Shown here: in pieces, positions 10,086-19,595 of the stretch
How positions within the stretch are numbered: the stretch's first letter is position 1
Layout: each line of letters opens with the position of its first letter
NCBI GenBank assembly: GCA_964539775.1
Contig: CAZIKE010000002.1
Coordinates: forward strand, 7,273-71,272
DNA from: an uncultured Chitinophagales bacterium
Lineage (GTDB): Bacteria; Bacteroidota; Ignavibacteria; UBA10030; UBA6906
Direction: 5' to 3'
DNA length: 64,000 bases
The notes under the pieces: generated by a model
The model's database searches: none
Told to the model about the DNA's origin: nothing
The model's input: only the letters and a program-made list of their open reading frames with translations
Position numbers and translations under genes: made by a program

Positions 10086-10580
10086 CTATTTTTTGGTTTC
10101 GCGATAGAACAGAATCAGATCAGTACTTACCGGCGGTGCCTCCAATTGTCGCAGCAACGTGATGATCTGGCCGCGATGGTAGCTGGAGTGGTTGACCACA
10201 TGTTGAAACGCCTGCCAGTACACGTGTTTGTACACATCGCCCTTGAGTGTTTTCATTTCGAACACCTCGTGCAGTTTCTTGTCGGACATTGTCCCGATCC
10301 ATTGCGCCATCACGAAGCCGACCTGCTCCCAGATCGCTCGCAGCTCGGCGGCGGTTGCGATCTCCTCGGATTTCAGGAAGGGTTGTGGGTTTCCGTTGAA
10401 GCGTTCCAGCCATATCTTTTCGGCGCCGACGATGTGTGTGAGCGTGCCGTGGATGCTGCCATGACTTGTCTTCATATCCTTCTTGTACTGCTCATCGGTC
10501 AGGTTCTGCACTGCATCAAAAATCCTGTTATTGGCCCACGCGTTGTACGCGTGCAGCATTTTCGCTTGCTGTAACGTCAT
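10086..10580 (-). CDS. DinB/YfiT-like (DinB_2) four-helix-bundle metal-dependent protein
   Basis: N-terminal LHAYNAWANNRIFDAV...HGSIHGTLTHIVGAEKIW is a typical DinB-family signature. Confidence 0.7.
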   Translation of the reverse strand: MTLQQAKMLHAYNAWANNRIFDAVQNLTDEQYKKDMKTSHGSIHGTLTHIVGAEKIWLERFNGNPQPFLKSEEIATAAELRAIWEQVGFVMAQWIGTMSDKKLHEVFEMKTLKGDVYKHVYWQAFQHVVNHSSYHRGQIITLLRQLEAPPVSTDLILFYRETKK

Positions 10581-10598
10581 GGCGCATCTCCATTCTTG

Positions 10599-11291
10599 TT
10601 ATTTCGTCATGGTGAAGATATTGTAGGCGAGAATAACAGCAAAGAGGATGAAGGCTCCTCCCGCAAACTTGAAGATTGTTGTGATAAATGCCGCGGAAAG
10701 CTTTGCATGGTGCTTCATGATAAAGCGCAGCATGACGGCAAACCACAGGGTGGTGCCGATACCGAACCCGATCGAGTAGAACAGACTTGCGCTGAACGAC
10801 CGTTCGAGGATGGCCTGTGCATGCAGGTAGCTGATAACGGCGATCATCGAAGGGAGGAATGTCGGGGTGGCAAGATTGGTGAAGGCGATGAGCGTCCCGA
10901 GGAAGAACGGTGAGCCGTGTCCCATCTTGCGTGCGCGCTCCTCCTGCGCCCGCTCCCGTTCGATGATGTTGCGTTCGGCCTTCGGATCGTGTTTGTCCAG
11001 GAGATACCGAATCCCCAACACGATCAGAATCAAAAAGCAAAGAGCCTGGAACAGAATCGACACCCATCGGTTCTGCAGAAAGAAGCTGCTGAGCCAGACG
11101 ACAAGCGCCGATGAAGCAAAGGCAGCAAGCAGGTTGTAGAAGACATCCATCACGGCGGCGCCGGTGCCGACAAGCATGGCTCCCTTGTATTCTTTACTGA
11201 CGGCCTTCTTCATAAAGGCAAGCGCCAGCGGTCCCGGAGGGATGGAGAGCGTGAAGCCAAAGACGATACCGATGACAAGAGCGCTCGCCAT
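10599..11291 (-). CDS. LysE/RhtB family amino-acid exporter
   Basis: N-terminal GIVFGFTLSIPPGPLALA motif and 6-TM topology typical of the LysE family. Confidence 0.6.
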   Translation of the reverse strand: MASALVIGIVFGFTLSIPPGPLALAFMKKAVSKEYKGAMLVGTGAAVMDVFYNLLAAFASSALVVWLSSFFLQNRWVSILFQALCFLILIVLGIRYLLDKHDPKAERNIIERERAQEERARKMGHGSPFFLGTLIAFTNLATPTFLPSMIAVISYLHAQAILERSFSASLFYSIGFGIGTTLWFAVMLRFIMKHHAKLSAAFITTIFKFAGGAFILFAVILAYNIFTMTK

Positions 11292-13162
11292 CAGTCGAGC
11301 AACCCACGTTCTTGTGCTCGCTGGCGCATGGCAGCAATCCTTCTGCGAAGGTCATCCATCAGTATGCGGAAGCCAGGGTGGGAGCGAAGTGATTCGAACA
11401 TCGGCTCCAGTGTTGCCCAGCGATAGTCGCGCCAGCCACGTTCCACAGCCGTGCGGAACCACGAGACTGCTTCTTCCGGACGTGACCTTATGGCGAGAAT
11501 CGTAGCGATGCCCACCGGGTTGTACGCATCCTCAGGATAGAGGGAACTTTGCCTTGTGTAGTACGCCAGATTGGAATCGAAAATGGCCTGCGCCTCGCGG
11601 GTCATGCCCAGCTTGAGCAGTGTAAATCCAAGTTGATTTCCCGGCCCATCGTGATACGATGATCTTGCAACCGACCTCCTGTAGTACTCGTGGGCGAGCT
11701 TGTAGTTGCCGTCCAGCAACTCAATATCGCCCGCGGCGTGTAGGATGGAAACATCCTCGGGCGATACCTCGAATGCTCTTGCCGCATGCCATCGAGCTTG
11801 GCGCTTATTTCCTTGGTTGAGATAATGGTAGATCAACGACCAGTGTGCAACGATCAGGTTATCATCCAGCGTTAGGGCGCGACGGTACCACTGAAGGGCC
11901 AGAGAATCTTCTCCCAGGAAATCATACATGCTGCCTACGTTCACATAGCGCGCACCGACATCGGGTGTTAAAGCGACACCCTTGCGCATCCACAGAATGG
12001 CCTCGTCTATGCGCCCGAACCCGAAGTGAATGAACCCGATGCTCGCAAATGCCGGCGCGTAGCTCGGGCTCAGCTCGATGGCGCGTGTGTATTGTGGAAG
12101 TGCAAGGGACAGTTTGCCGAGTGACTCGTATCCTTTTCCCAAAGTGTGAAAGCCATCGGGCAGCTCCGGGTCGAGACTGATTGCTCTGCGGGCGTATGCA
12201 ATTCCCGTGTCAACCGAAGTGCTGGAAAACCCAAACGCGAGATACCGCGCAATGTGCGCCAGGCCCAGCAGCGCGTATGCCGCCGCATAGTTTGAGTCAA
12301 GTGCAATTGCCTGATGGAGAAGATCAGCGGCCCGTTTGTTGCCCTCAAGCGTGCGCTTGTTCTGAAAATCCCTCGCTCTTAAATAAAGACCGTAGGCCTC
12401 CAGGTTTTTTGTCGGTACAGATTTCAACAGCTTCTTTTCCTGGGGCGTAAGGCGTGCCTTTAGTTCGCGCGCAATGGCATTGGCAACCTCCGTTTGTATT
12501 GCGAAGATGTCCTTCAGTTGCCGATCGTAGGTCTCGGCCCAGAGGTGTTTGTCATCGGGCGCATAAATCAGTTGACCAGTGATGCGAACACGATCTGCCG
12601 ATCGCCGAACACTTCCCTCGAGAATTGCCGTGGCCCCCAACTCACCGGCAATCTCCCGTATACTCTTGTCCGTGTTCTTGTACTTCATCACCGACGTTCT
12701 TGAAATGACATTCAGCTCTCGAATCTTTGCCAGTTGTGTCAGGATATCTTCTGTGATACCGTCGCTGAAGTACTCATCCGCCTTGGAGTCGCCCAAGTTC
12801 TTGAACGGGAGCACGGCAATCGTTTCAGCTACAAAAGCGTGTTTAATCGGACGCGGCAACGGGGGCACACTGAACGAAAGCGTGATGGCAATCGTAATAA
12901 TCAACCCATGAAGAACAAGCTCGGTTCTGGAAAATCGCTGGAACCCCTCCTTGCCGTGGAACCATGCAAACACGAACGCACTCGCAAGGCCGCATGTGAG
13001 GAGCGTAACCACCACGGGCATGAAAACCGACGGGAGATTGTAGGTCTCGGTGAAGAGCTTGATGATGCCAATGATGGTAAGCGCCGAGCCAATGTAAATC
13101 GCCAACGTCTTCCGAACGTTGCGTGCCTTCAGTTCGTTGAAGAAGCCCTTCACGACGGACAT
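11291..13162 (-). CDS. TPR-repeat protein with N-terminal TM anchor and TolB-N-like domain
   Basis: TM helix, then VLPFKNLGDSKADEYFSDGITEDILTQLAKI...ILEGSV (TolB_N-like fold), then multiple TPR repeats. Stop overlaps the LysE start by 1 nt. Confidence 0.65.
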   Translation of the reverse strand: MSVVKGFFNELKARNVRKTLAIYIGSALTIIGIIKLFTETYNLPSVFMPVVVTLLTCGLASAFVFAWFHGKEGFQRFSRTELVLHGLIITIAITLSFSVPPLPRPIKHAFVAETIAVLPFKNLGDSKADEYFSDGITEDILTQLAKIRELNVISRTSVMKYKNTDKSIREIAGELGATAILEGSVRRSADRVRITGQLIYAPDDKHLWAETYDRQLKDIFAIQTEVANAIARELKARLTPQEKKLLKSVPTKNLEAYGLYLRARDFQNKRTLEGNKRAADLLHQAIALDSNYAAAYALLGLAHIARYLAFGFSSTSVDTGIAYARRAISLDPELPDGFHTLGKGYESLGKLSLALPQYTRAIELSPSYAPAFASIGFIHFGFGRIDEAILWMRKGVALTPDVGARYVNVGSMYDFLGEDSLALQWYRRALTLDDNLIVAHWSLIYHYLNQGNKRQARWHAARAFEVSPEDVSILHAAGDIELLDGNYKLAHEYYRRSVARSSYHDGPGNQLGFTLLKLGMTREAQAIFDSNLAYYTRQSSLYPEDAYNPVGIATILAIRSRPEEAVSWFRTAVERGWRDYRWATLEPMFESLRSHPGFRILMDDLRRRIAAMRQRAQERGLLD

Positions 13163-13508
13163 GCGCTGTGGTCGAGGTGGTGCTCGAGGACTGTGGTGGC
13201 TGAACCGGCTTCAAAATACGGATTCCGCACGCAATGTGCAATCAAATGCCTGCCCTGCGATATACCAACACGCACTCAGTGTTCTTGTCAGGCATGATGT
13301 GCGAAGAGAGTGGTTGTTCTCTGCGAAGCTTCTCTGCGCGCCATCGTTCACCACCCGCGTGGGAGAAGAAAGGCTTCGACGTACCGCAGGGGTAACAGGC
13401 TTCATGCGAACGACCTATTGCCTCATTTAAGAATCGACCATTGCTTCTCAGCTACCCACTTCCTACCTTTGATCAAGCACATCGTCTCCACAATCATCGT
13501 TCATTCCC

Positions 13509-14321
13509 ATGCGCGAATATCTGGACCTCGTCGAGCGTGTTCTGACCCACGGGACGTACAAGAAGAACCGCACCGGCGTCGACACGCTTTCCTGTTTTGC
13601 CGAACATTACAGAGTCGATTTGAGCAAGGGCTTTCCGTTGCTCACGACCAAGAGGGTGAATTTCAAGGCAATGGTGCACGAGGTACTCTGGTACCTGTCC
13701 GGGGAAGATCACATCCGCACGCTGCGGCAGCATACAAAGATTTGGAACGCGTGGGCGGATGAGAATGGAAATCTTGAGACAGCCTACGGGCGCTATTGGC
13801 GGCGATTCCCGAGCGCGCAGATCAATCCACAGACCGGGACTTATGAAGTGGCGGAGATTGATCAGATCGGAAAAATCATCGAGTTGCTCAAGACCGATCC
13901 GAACTCGCGGCGGATGGTTGTCACAGCCTGGGAGCCGGGCAATGCGCTGAAGAGCAAGTTGCCTCCCTGTCACTACACGTTTGCCTTCAACGTGCAGGGA
14001 AGGAAGCTCAACTGTCATCTCACTCAGCGTTCCGGTGATATCGCCATCGGCATTCCGTTTAACCTTGCCGCGTACTCGTTGCTGACACAGATTCTCGCCC
14101 AGGAGTGTGGATTCGAATTGGGGTTCTTCAGTCATACCATCGTTGATGCGCACATTTATGTGAACCATATCGAGGGACTGAAGGAACAGCTCAAGCGGAC
14201 GCCGAAGCCTCTGCCCCGTCTCGAAATCGCGCGCAAGCCCATCGACGAGTTGCGGTTCGATGATTTCTCGTTGATTGGCTATGAATGCTATGAGCCGATC
14301 AAGTTTGAGGTTGCCGTGTGA
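13509..14321 (+). CDS. thyA: Thymidylate synthase
   Basis: Classic ThyA motifs LPPCHYTFAFNV (catalytic Cys) and HLTQRSGDIAIGIPFNLA. 270 aa. Confidence 0.95.
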   Translation: MREYLDLVERVLTHGTYKKNRTGVDTLSCFAEHYRVDLSKGFPLLTTKRVNFKAMVHEVLWYLSGEDHIRTLRQHTKIWNAWADENGNLETAYGRYWRRFPSAQINPQTGTYEVAEIDQIGKIIELLKTDPNSRRMVVTAWEPGNALKSKLPPCHYTFAFNVQGRKLNCHLTQRSGDIAIGIPFNLAAYSLLTQILAQECGFELGFFSHTIVDAHIYVNHIEGLKEQLKRTPKPLPRLEIARKPIDELRFDDFSLIGYECYEPIKFEVAV

Positions 14322-14791
14322 TCCTCGCCCTCATCGCTGCCATCGGCAAGAACCGTGTCATCGGGAAGGCCGGGAGGCTGCCGTGGCATATTTCCGAAGA
14401 TCTCAAACGCTTTAAGCGCCTGACCACCGGCCACACGGTGCTGATGGGGAGGAAGACGTTCGAATCCATCGGCACGCCGCTTTCTAACCGTCGCAATGTC
14501 GTTATCACTTCCCACCCTCTTCCTAATGTCGAGACCTACCCTTCGGTTGATGCAGCGCTGCAAGCGCTTGCAGGGGAGGAGCGCGTGTTTGTCATCGGAG
14601 GCGCGCACCTGTATGCACAGACTCTGGATCGAGCAGACGAGCTGTACCTGACGTTGGTGGAAGGTGAGTATGAGGGTGATACCTTCTTCCCGGCGTACGA
14701 GCATCTGTTGGAGGCGCGCTTCCGACGTGTGCGCACGGAGAAGCATGAGGGGTACACGTTTGTCGACTATGTGCGAAATGCAGCACCCTGA
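14318..14791 (+). CDS. folA: Dihydrofolate reductase
   Basis: MILALIAAIGKNRVIGKAGRLPWHISEDLKRFKRLTTGHTVLMGRKTFESIG. Overlaps the thyA stop by 4 nt. Confidence 0.92.
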   Translation: MILALIAAIGKNRVIGKAGRLPWHISEDLKRFKRLTTGHTVLMGRKTFESIGTPLSNRRNVVITSHPLPNVETYPSVDAALQALAGEERVFVIGGAHLYAQTLDRADELYLTLVEGEYEGDTFFPAYEHLLEARFRRVRTEKHEGYTFVDYVRNAAP

Positions 14792-14925
14792 TTGACGCGA
14801 ACGGGCAACGCTGTCGGTGCGATGAGACTTCCCAGGTGCTTCTTGCCGCCATGCTTGTGTTGCCTTCCTTCCACGTTTTCGCTACATTGATCCGGGCACA
14901 TTCGCACTCGTTCTTTCACTCCTGC

Positions 14926-15711
14926 ATGCACGCCTTACGGGTAGACAACGTTTCTTTCGCGTATCGGCTCGGCAATCCAACCTTGAGGAATGTTTCCTTT
15001 GCCGTGCACAAGGGTGAGTTCCTGAGCCTTGTGGGTCCGAACGGCTCCGGGAAATCCACGTTATTGAGATTGCTCGACCGTATTCTCCTTCCTGATGAAG
15101 GGACAATTTTTGTTGAGGGAAAGAAGCTTGCAAGCGTCTCGCGTACGGAGCTCGCGCGTCGTATCGCCTTCATTCCACAGGACGCGGGCATTCTTTTCCC
15201 GTTCACCGTTGCCGAGGTCGTGTTGATGGGCCGATCGCCGCACACACGCGGTCGTGTGTTCGAGAACGACGCTGACCGGAACATCGCAACAGACATGATG
15301 CGGTTGACCGATACGCTGCATCTAGCGCGCCAGCCGGTTACCGCGATCTCCGGAGGAGAACGACAGCGGGTCTTGATTGCACGAGCGCTCGCCCAACAAC
15401 CCGAAATCCTGTTGATGGATGAGCCGAACGCCCACCTCGACATAGCACATCAGCTCGATACGTTTTCTCTTATCAAGAAACTCAATCTTGAACAGAAGCT
15501 CACGGTGGTTTGTGTCTCACACGACTTGAACCTTGCAGCAACCTACAGCGACCGGATCGGCATCCTCGTGTGTGGTTCGCTGATGGCGTTGGGAACCCCA
15601 CACGAGGTGCTGACGGAAAGCACCATACGCGCGGCATTCCAAACGCAGGTGATCGTGGACCGACACCCTGCTCAGGACGCGCCGCGTATTTCACTTCTTC
15701 CCGTATCCTGA
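14926..15711 (+). CDS. ABC transporter ATP-binding protein (iron-siderophore/cobalamin/heme importer ATPase type, FecE/BtuD-like), no adjacent permease
   Basis: Walker A GPNGSGKST, signature LSGGERQRVLIARAL, Walker B ILLMDEPNAHLD. Start placed at internal ATG 14926 (MHALRVDNVSFAY). Confidence 0.75.
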   Translation: MHALRVDNVSFAYRLGNPTLRNVSFAVHKGEFLSLVGPNGSGKSTLLRLLDRILLPDEGTIFVEGKKLASVSRTELARRIAFIPQDAGILFPFTVAEVVLMGRSPHTRGRVFENDADRNIATDMMRLTDTLHLARQPVTAISGGERQRVLIARALAQQPEILLMDEPNAHLDIAHQLDTFSLIKKLNLEQKLTVVCVSHDLNLAATYSDRIGILVCGSLMALGTPHEVLTESTIRAAFQTQVIVDRHPAQDAPRISLLPVS

Positions 15712-15724
15712 CGAAAGAACGACC

Positions 15725-16843
15725 ATGAGCATCTTTGAACAACTGCAGAAACATGAGCACGAGCAGGTTGTCTTCTGTTCCGACATCCCGTCGGGTCTCA
15801 AGGCAATCATCGCTGTGCACAATACCAATCTTGGTCCCGCGCTCGGCGGTACGCGCATGTGGACCTACGCAACGGACGCGGAGGCGCTGATTGACGTATT
15901 GCGCCTCTCGCGCGGCATGACGTACAAAGCCGCCGTCGCCGGATTGAACCTCGGCGGAGGCAAAGCAGTCATCATCGGCGACCCGAACAAGGACAAGACG
16001 GAGGCGATGTTTCGCGCCTTCGGTCGGTTTGTGGAAGGTCTTGCGGGACGCTACATCACGGCCGAAGATGTCGGGACGGACGTGCGCGATATGGAATATG
16101 TGCGGATGGAAACGAAATATGTGACGGGCATCGACCGGGCGCTTGGCGGAAGCGGCGATCCTTCTCCTGTCACGGCGTTTGGTGTTTACGTGGGGATGAA
16201 GGCGAGCATGAAGGAGTTGACCGGCAACGATTCCCTTGCCGGAAAGAAGATCGCGGTTCAGGGGGCGGGGCATGTGGCGCAGTACGTGTGCGAGCATCTC
16301 GCCAAGGAAGGAGCCAAGATTGTTGTCTGCGATATTTTTCCCGAGAAAGCCAAGCGTGTGGCAGAGAAGGTGAAGGCCGAGGTGGTCGAGCCGCAGCGCA
16401 TCTACGACGTGGATGCCGACGTGTTCTGTCCGTGCGCGCTGGGGGCCATCGTCAACGATGAGACGATACCACGATTCAAGTTCAAGATCATTGCCGGCGG
16501 CGCAAACAATCAACTGGCCGATGAACAGAAACACGGCCGCATGTTGATGGCAAAGGGCATACTCTACGCCCCCGATTACGCAATCAATGCGGGGGGATTG
16601 ATCAACGTCTCGAACGAGCTTGAAGGGTACTCACAGGAACGAGCGCTCAAGCAGGCCGAGGGGATCTACGATATGATGTTGAGGATCTATGCCATCTCCA
16701 AGAGCGAGAACGTCCCGACGTTCGAGGCCTCCAACCGTCTTGCCGAACAGCGCATTAAGGCGATAGGACGCATCAAGTCGATCTATGCAGGCAAGTCCCA
16801 GTTTGTAGGACGTTTAGGCGAGAACGATTTCGGCAAGCGATAA
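15725..16843 (+). CDS. Leucine (Leu/Val/Phe) dehydrogenase, Glu/Leu/Phe/Val dehydrogenase family
   Basis: N-terminal MSIFEQL...VVFCSD...GLKAIIAVHNTNLGPALGGTRMW...GGGKAVIIGDP is characteristic of LeuDH/ValDH. Rossmann GAGHVAQ. Confidence 0.88.
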   Translation: MSIFEQLQKHEHEQVVFCSDIPSGLKAIIAVHNTNLGPALGGTRMWTYATDAEALIDVLRLSRGMTYKAAVAGLNLGGGKAVIIGDPNKDKTEAMFRAFGRFVEGLAGRYITAEDVGTDVRDMEYVRMETKYVTGIDRALGGSGDPSPVTAFGVYVGMKASMKELTGNDSLAGKKIAVQGAGHVAQYVCEHLAKEGAKIVVCDIFPEKAKRVAEKVKAEVVEPQRIYDVDADVFCPCALGAIVNDETIPRFKFKIIAGGANNQLADEQKHGRMLMAKGILYAPDYAINAGGLINVSNELEGYSQERALKQAEGIYDMMLRIYAISKSENVPTFEASNRLAEQRIKAIGRIKSIYAGKSQFVGRLGENDFGKR

Positions 16844-16849
16844 GCGCTC

Positions 16850-17347
16850 ATGAGCAGTAGAAACATCCGACGGCGGATCATCCGGGAGAAAGTGATGCAG
16901 GCGTTGTACGCGTACGAGATCACCAAAGATCCGCCCGAGCATGTCATCAAACATGTTCTGGCGGGGTTGGAGCAGAACAAGGATGCGCACGCCTTTGCCC
17001 GGCAGCTCGTTCTGACCACCATCCAGCACAGCCCGGAGCTTGACAAGATTATTCGGACGAAGGTCGCCAATTGGGACTTCCGTCGCATTGCCGTCATCGA
17101 CCGATTGATCTTGCGGATGGGGATTTGCGAACTGCTGTACTTCAAGGAGATTCCCCCCAAAGTATCAATGAACGAAGCGATTGAACTCGCCAAGCTCTTC
17201 AGCACAGAGAAGAGCGGGCAATTCGTGAACGGCATTCTGGATGCAGTGTTGGAGGATATGACGAAGACCGGCGAACTTGCCAAAGCAGGCCGCGGCCTGT
17301 TCGAAGGCACCGGACCTCGTGCCAGATCGAAATCCGCCAAGGCGTAG
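16850..17347 (+). CDS. nusB: Transcription antitermination factor NusB
   Basis: RRRIIREKVMQALYAYEI...RIAVIDRLILRMGICELLYF...IELAKLFSTEKSGQFVNGILD. Confidence 0.88.
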   Translation: MSSRNIRRRIIREKVMQALYAYEITKDPPEHVIKHVLAGLEQNKDAHAFARQLVLTTIQHSPELDKIIRTKVANWDFRRIAVIDRLILRMGICELLYFKEIPPKVSMNEAIELAKLFSTEKSGQFVNGILDAVLEDMTKTGELAKAGRGLFEGTGPRARSKSAKA

Positions 17348-17375
17348 GCGTTGTGTTGTTGCCCTGTCCGCGTCC

Positions 17376-18743
17376 ATGAGCCGACGAACCCTGCAGTCCC
17401 TCCTCGAGCGCTTGGGCCTGCATCGGCCCGAGTTGCGTGCCTGGGCGATGTACGACTGGGCGAACTCCGCGTACTACGTTGTTATCATTACCGCAATCTT
17501 CCCCATCTATTACCAGAAGGTGGCCGCGGCGGGAATCGACAAAGAACTTGCCACGCAGAGGTTTGGATGGGCCACAACACTCGCGCTCGCACTCGTTGCC
17601 ATTCTCTCTCCCATCCTTGGCGCGTACGCGGACTATCGTGCTGTACGCAAGCGCATGTTGGGCGGTTTCCTGATCCTCGGCGTTGCGACTACAGCTTCCT
17701 TGTATTTCGTCCAGCAGGGCGACTGGCTGTCGGCATTAATCCTGTTCGCCCTCGGCAACGTAGCCATCGCGACAAGCTTTGTGTTCTACGATTCACTCTT
17801 GCCGCACATCGCAAGCGTGTCAGAGGTGGATCGTGTGTCAGCCGCGGGCTATGCCCTCGGGTATCTCGGCGGTGGGCTGCTGATGCTGCTCAACGTGCTC
17901 TGGATCGTAATGCCGGAGTCGTTCGGCATTGTTGATAGCGGTGTGGCAACGCGACTTTCTTTTCTCAGTGTTGCGCTCTGGTGGGGAGCCTTCTCTATTC
18001 CGCTCTTCCAGCGAGTGCCGGAGCCGCCGCGCGTGATCGAGGCTGATGAACGAAGCGCCACAAGCGCGGTGCATGTCACGTTCACGCGGCTGGCAGAAAC
18101 GTTTCGCGAACTCACCGGCTCGTACAAGCAAGCAGCACTATTGCTTCTTGCCATGCTCGTGTATAACGATGGCATCGGCACGGTCATCCGCATGGCAGCC
18201 ATCTACGCCGAGACCCTCGGGCTTCCCACAAACGACGTCATTACGGCGATCCTTCTTGTCCAGTTCGTGGGCATTCCCTTTTCGTTTCTCTTTGGCAGCT
18301 TGGCAGGGAGAATCGGTGCGAAGCGCTCGATCCTCCTCGGACTGGGAGTATATGCCGCAATCACTGTTGTCGCCTACAAGCTCGAAACGGTTCGGGAGTT
18401 CTACCTGCTTGCCATTCTTGTTGCCATGGTGCAGGGTGGAACCCAGGCGCTCAGCCGCTCGCTCTTCGCTACCATGACACCGAAACACAAGACGTCGGAG
18501 TTTTTCGGATTCTTCTCGGTCTTCGAAAAGTTCTCCGGCATCCTTGGGCCTCTGCTCTTCAGCCTCATGATTGCCCTGAGCGGCTCGAGCCGCAACGCCA
18601 TCCTTGCTGTCTCCAGCTTCTTCGTCGTCGGAGGACTGATCCTTGTGCTCGTCAACGTGGAAGAGGGAAGGCGTCGGGCAAGCGAGGCGGAGAAGTTGCT
18701 TCTCGATGGAGAAGGGGAGAACCATCCTCAGGCTCGCCCTTAA
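17376..18743 (+). CDS. MFS transporter, UMF1/Atg22-like family
   Basis: AWAMYDWANSAYYVVIITAIFPIYY N-terminal signature of UMF1-family MFS proteins. 12 predicted TM helices. Start at internal ATG 17376. Confidence 0.65.
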   Translation: MSRRTLQSLLERLGLHRPELRAWAMYDWANSAYYVVIITAIFPIYYQKVAAAGIDKELATQRFGWATTLALALVAILSPILGAYADYRAVRKRMLGGFLILGVATTASLYFVQQGDWLSALILFALGNVAIATSFVFYDSLLPHIASVSEVDRVSAAGYALGYLGGGLLMLLNVLWIVMPESFGIVDSGVATRLSFLSVALWWGAFSIPLFQRVPEPPRVIEADERSATSAVHVTFTRLAETFRELTGSYKQAALLLLAMLVYNDGIGTVIRMAAIYAETLGLPTNDVITAILLVQFVGIPFSFLFGSLAGRIGAKRSILLGLGVYAAITVVAYKLETVREFYLLAILVAMVQGGTQALSRSLFATMTPKHKTSEFFGFFSVFEKFSGILGPLLFSLMIALSGSSRNAILAVSSFFVVGGLILVLVNVEEGRRRASEAEKLLLDGEGENHPQARP

Positions 18744-18863
18744 TTGGACTGTCCTTCCTGTTTACTTTTCAGCAACACTTCCGTACTTTGCATCAGGATG
18801 GAGTTCTCCATCGGTGTCTTCTTGCCACGAAATCACATGCAGAGCGGTTCACTCACCTCCGAT

Positions 18864-19586
18864 ATGGCAACGTATTTTATATCTGATGTTCATCTGGGAC
18901 TTGGTACGAAGGAACACGAGAAGGAAAAGGAGAACCGCTTGCTCGGATTCTTGCGAGGAATTTTTCCCACCACCGAGATGTTGTTCATCGTTGGCGATCT
19001 GTTCGATTTCTGGTTTGAATACAAGACGGTGATCCCCAAAGGGTTCCACCGGACGCTGGCGATGCTGCAGGAGTTCACCGATGCGGGCAAACCGATTCAC
19101 TATCTTGCGGGCAATCACGACTTCTGGATGAATAATTACTTTGCGGACGAGTTGGGTATGACGCTGCATTTTGAGCCATTTGACATCAGCGTTCAGGGGA
19201 AACACATTTTTCTCCACCACGGCGATGGGCTGGCGCAAAACGACCTCGGCTACCGGCTGATCAAGCCCATCTTACGCAACAAACTCAACATCTGGCTGTA
19301 CCGCTGGTTGCATCCCGACATTGGTGTGCTCCTTGCGCGAGGATCCTCGCGCACAAGTCGTGAATACACTTCCACCAAGGACTATGGAGAGGAAGAGGGG
19401 ATGGTGCGTGTGGCCGAGCAAAAAATTCGTGAAGGGTACGACATCGTCATCATGGGGCACCGACACAAGCCGAGTGTCGTGCCCATCGAGCGGGGCGTGT
19501 ATATTAACTTGGGCGATTGGATTGCGCATCGCACATATGCGGAACTTTCCGACGGAACGATCGTGCTGAAAACCTGGCAGACGTAA
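18864..19586 (+). CDS. lpxH: UDP-2,3-diacylglucosamine hydrolase (LpxH-type calcineurin-like metallophosphoesterase)
   Basis: MATYFISDVHLG, FIVGDLFDFWFEYK, AGNHDFW, MGHRH metallophosphoesterase motifs. ~240 aa matches LpxH size. Confidence 0.7.
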   Translation: MATYFISDVHLGLGTKEHEKEKENRLLGFLRGIFPTTEMLFIVGDLFDFWFEYKTVIPKGFHRTLAMLQEFTDAGKPIHYLAGNHDFWMNNYFADELGMTLHFEPFDISVQGKHIFLHHGDGLAQNDLGYRLIKPILRNKLNIWLYRWLHPDIGVLLARGSSRTSREYTSTKDYGEEEGMVRVAEQKIREGYDIVIMGHRHKPSVVPIERGVYINLGDWIAHRTYAELSDGTIVLKTWQT

Positions 19587-19595
19587 CGGAAGAAT

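Noticed and set aside
15500-16534. 344-aa minus-strand ORF
   Set aside because: Antisense to leucine dehydrogenase, whose plus-strand frame has unmistakable LeuDH motifs. High-GC shadow ORF.
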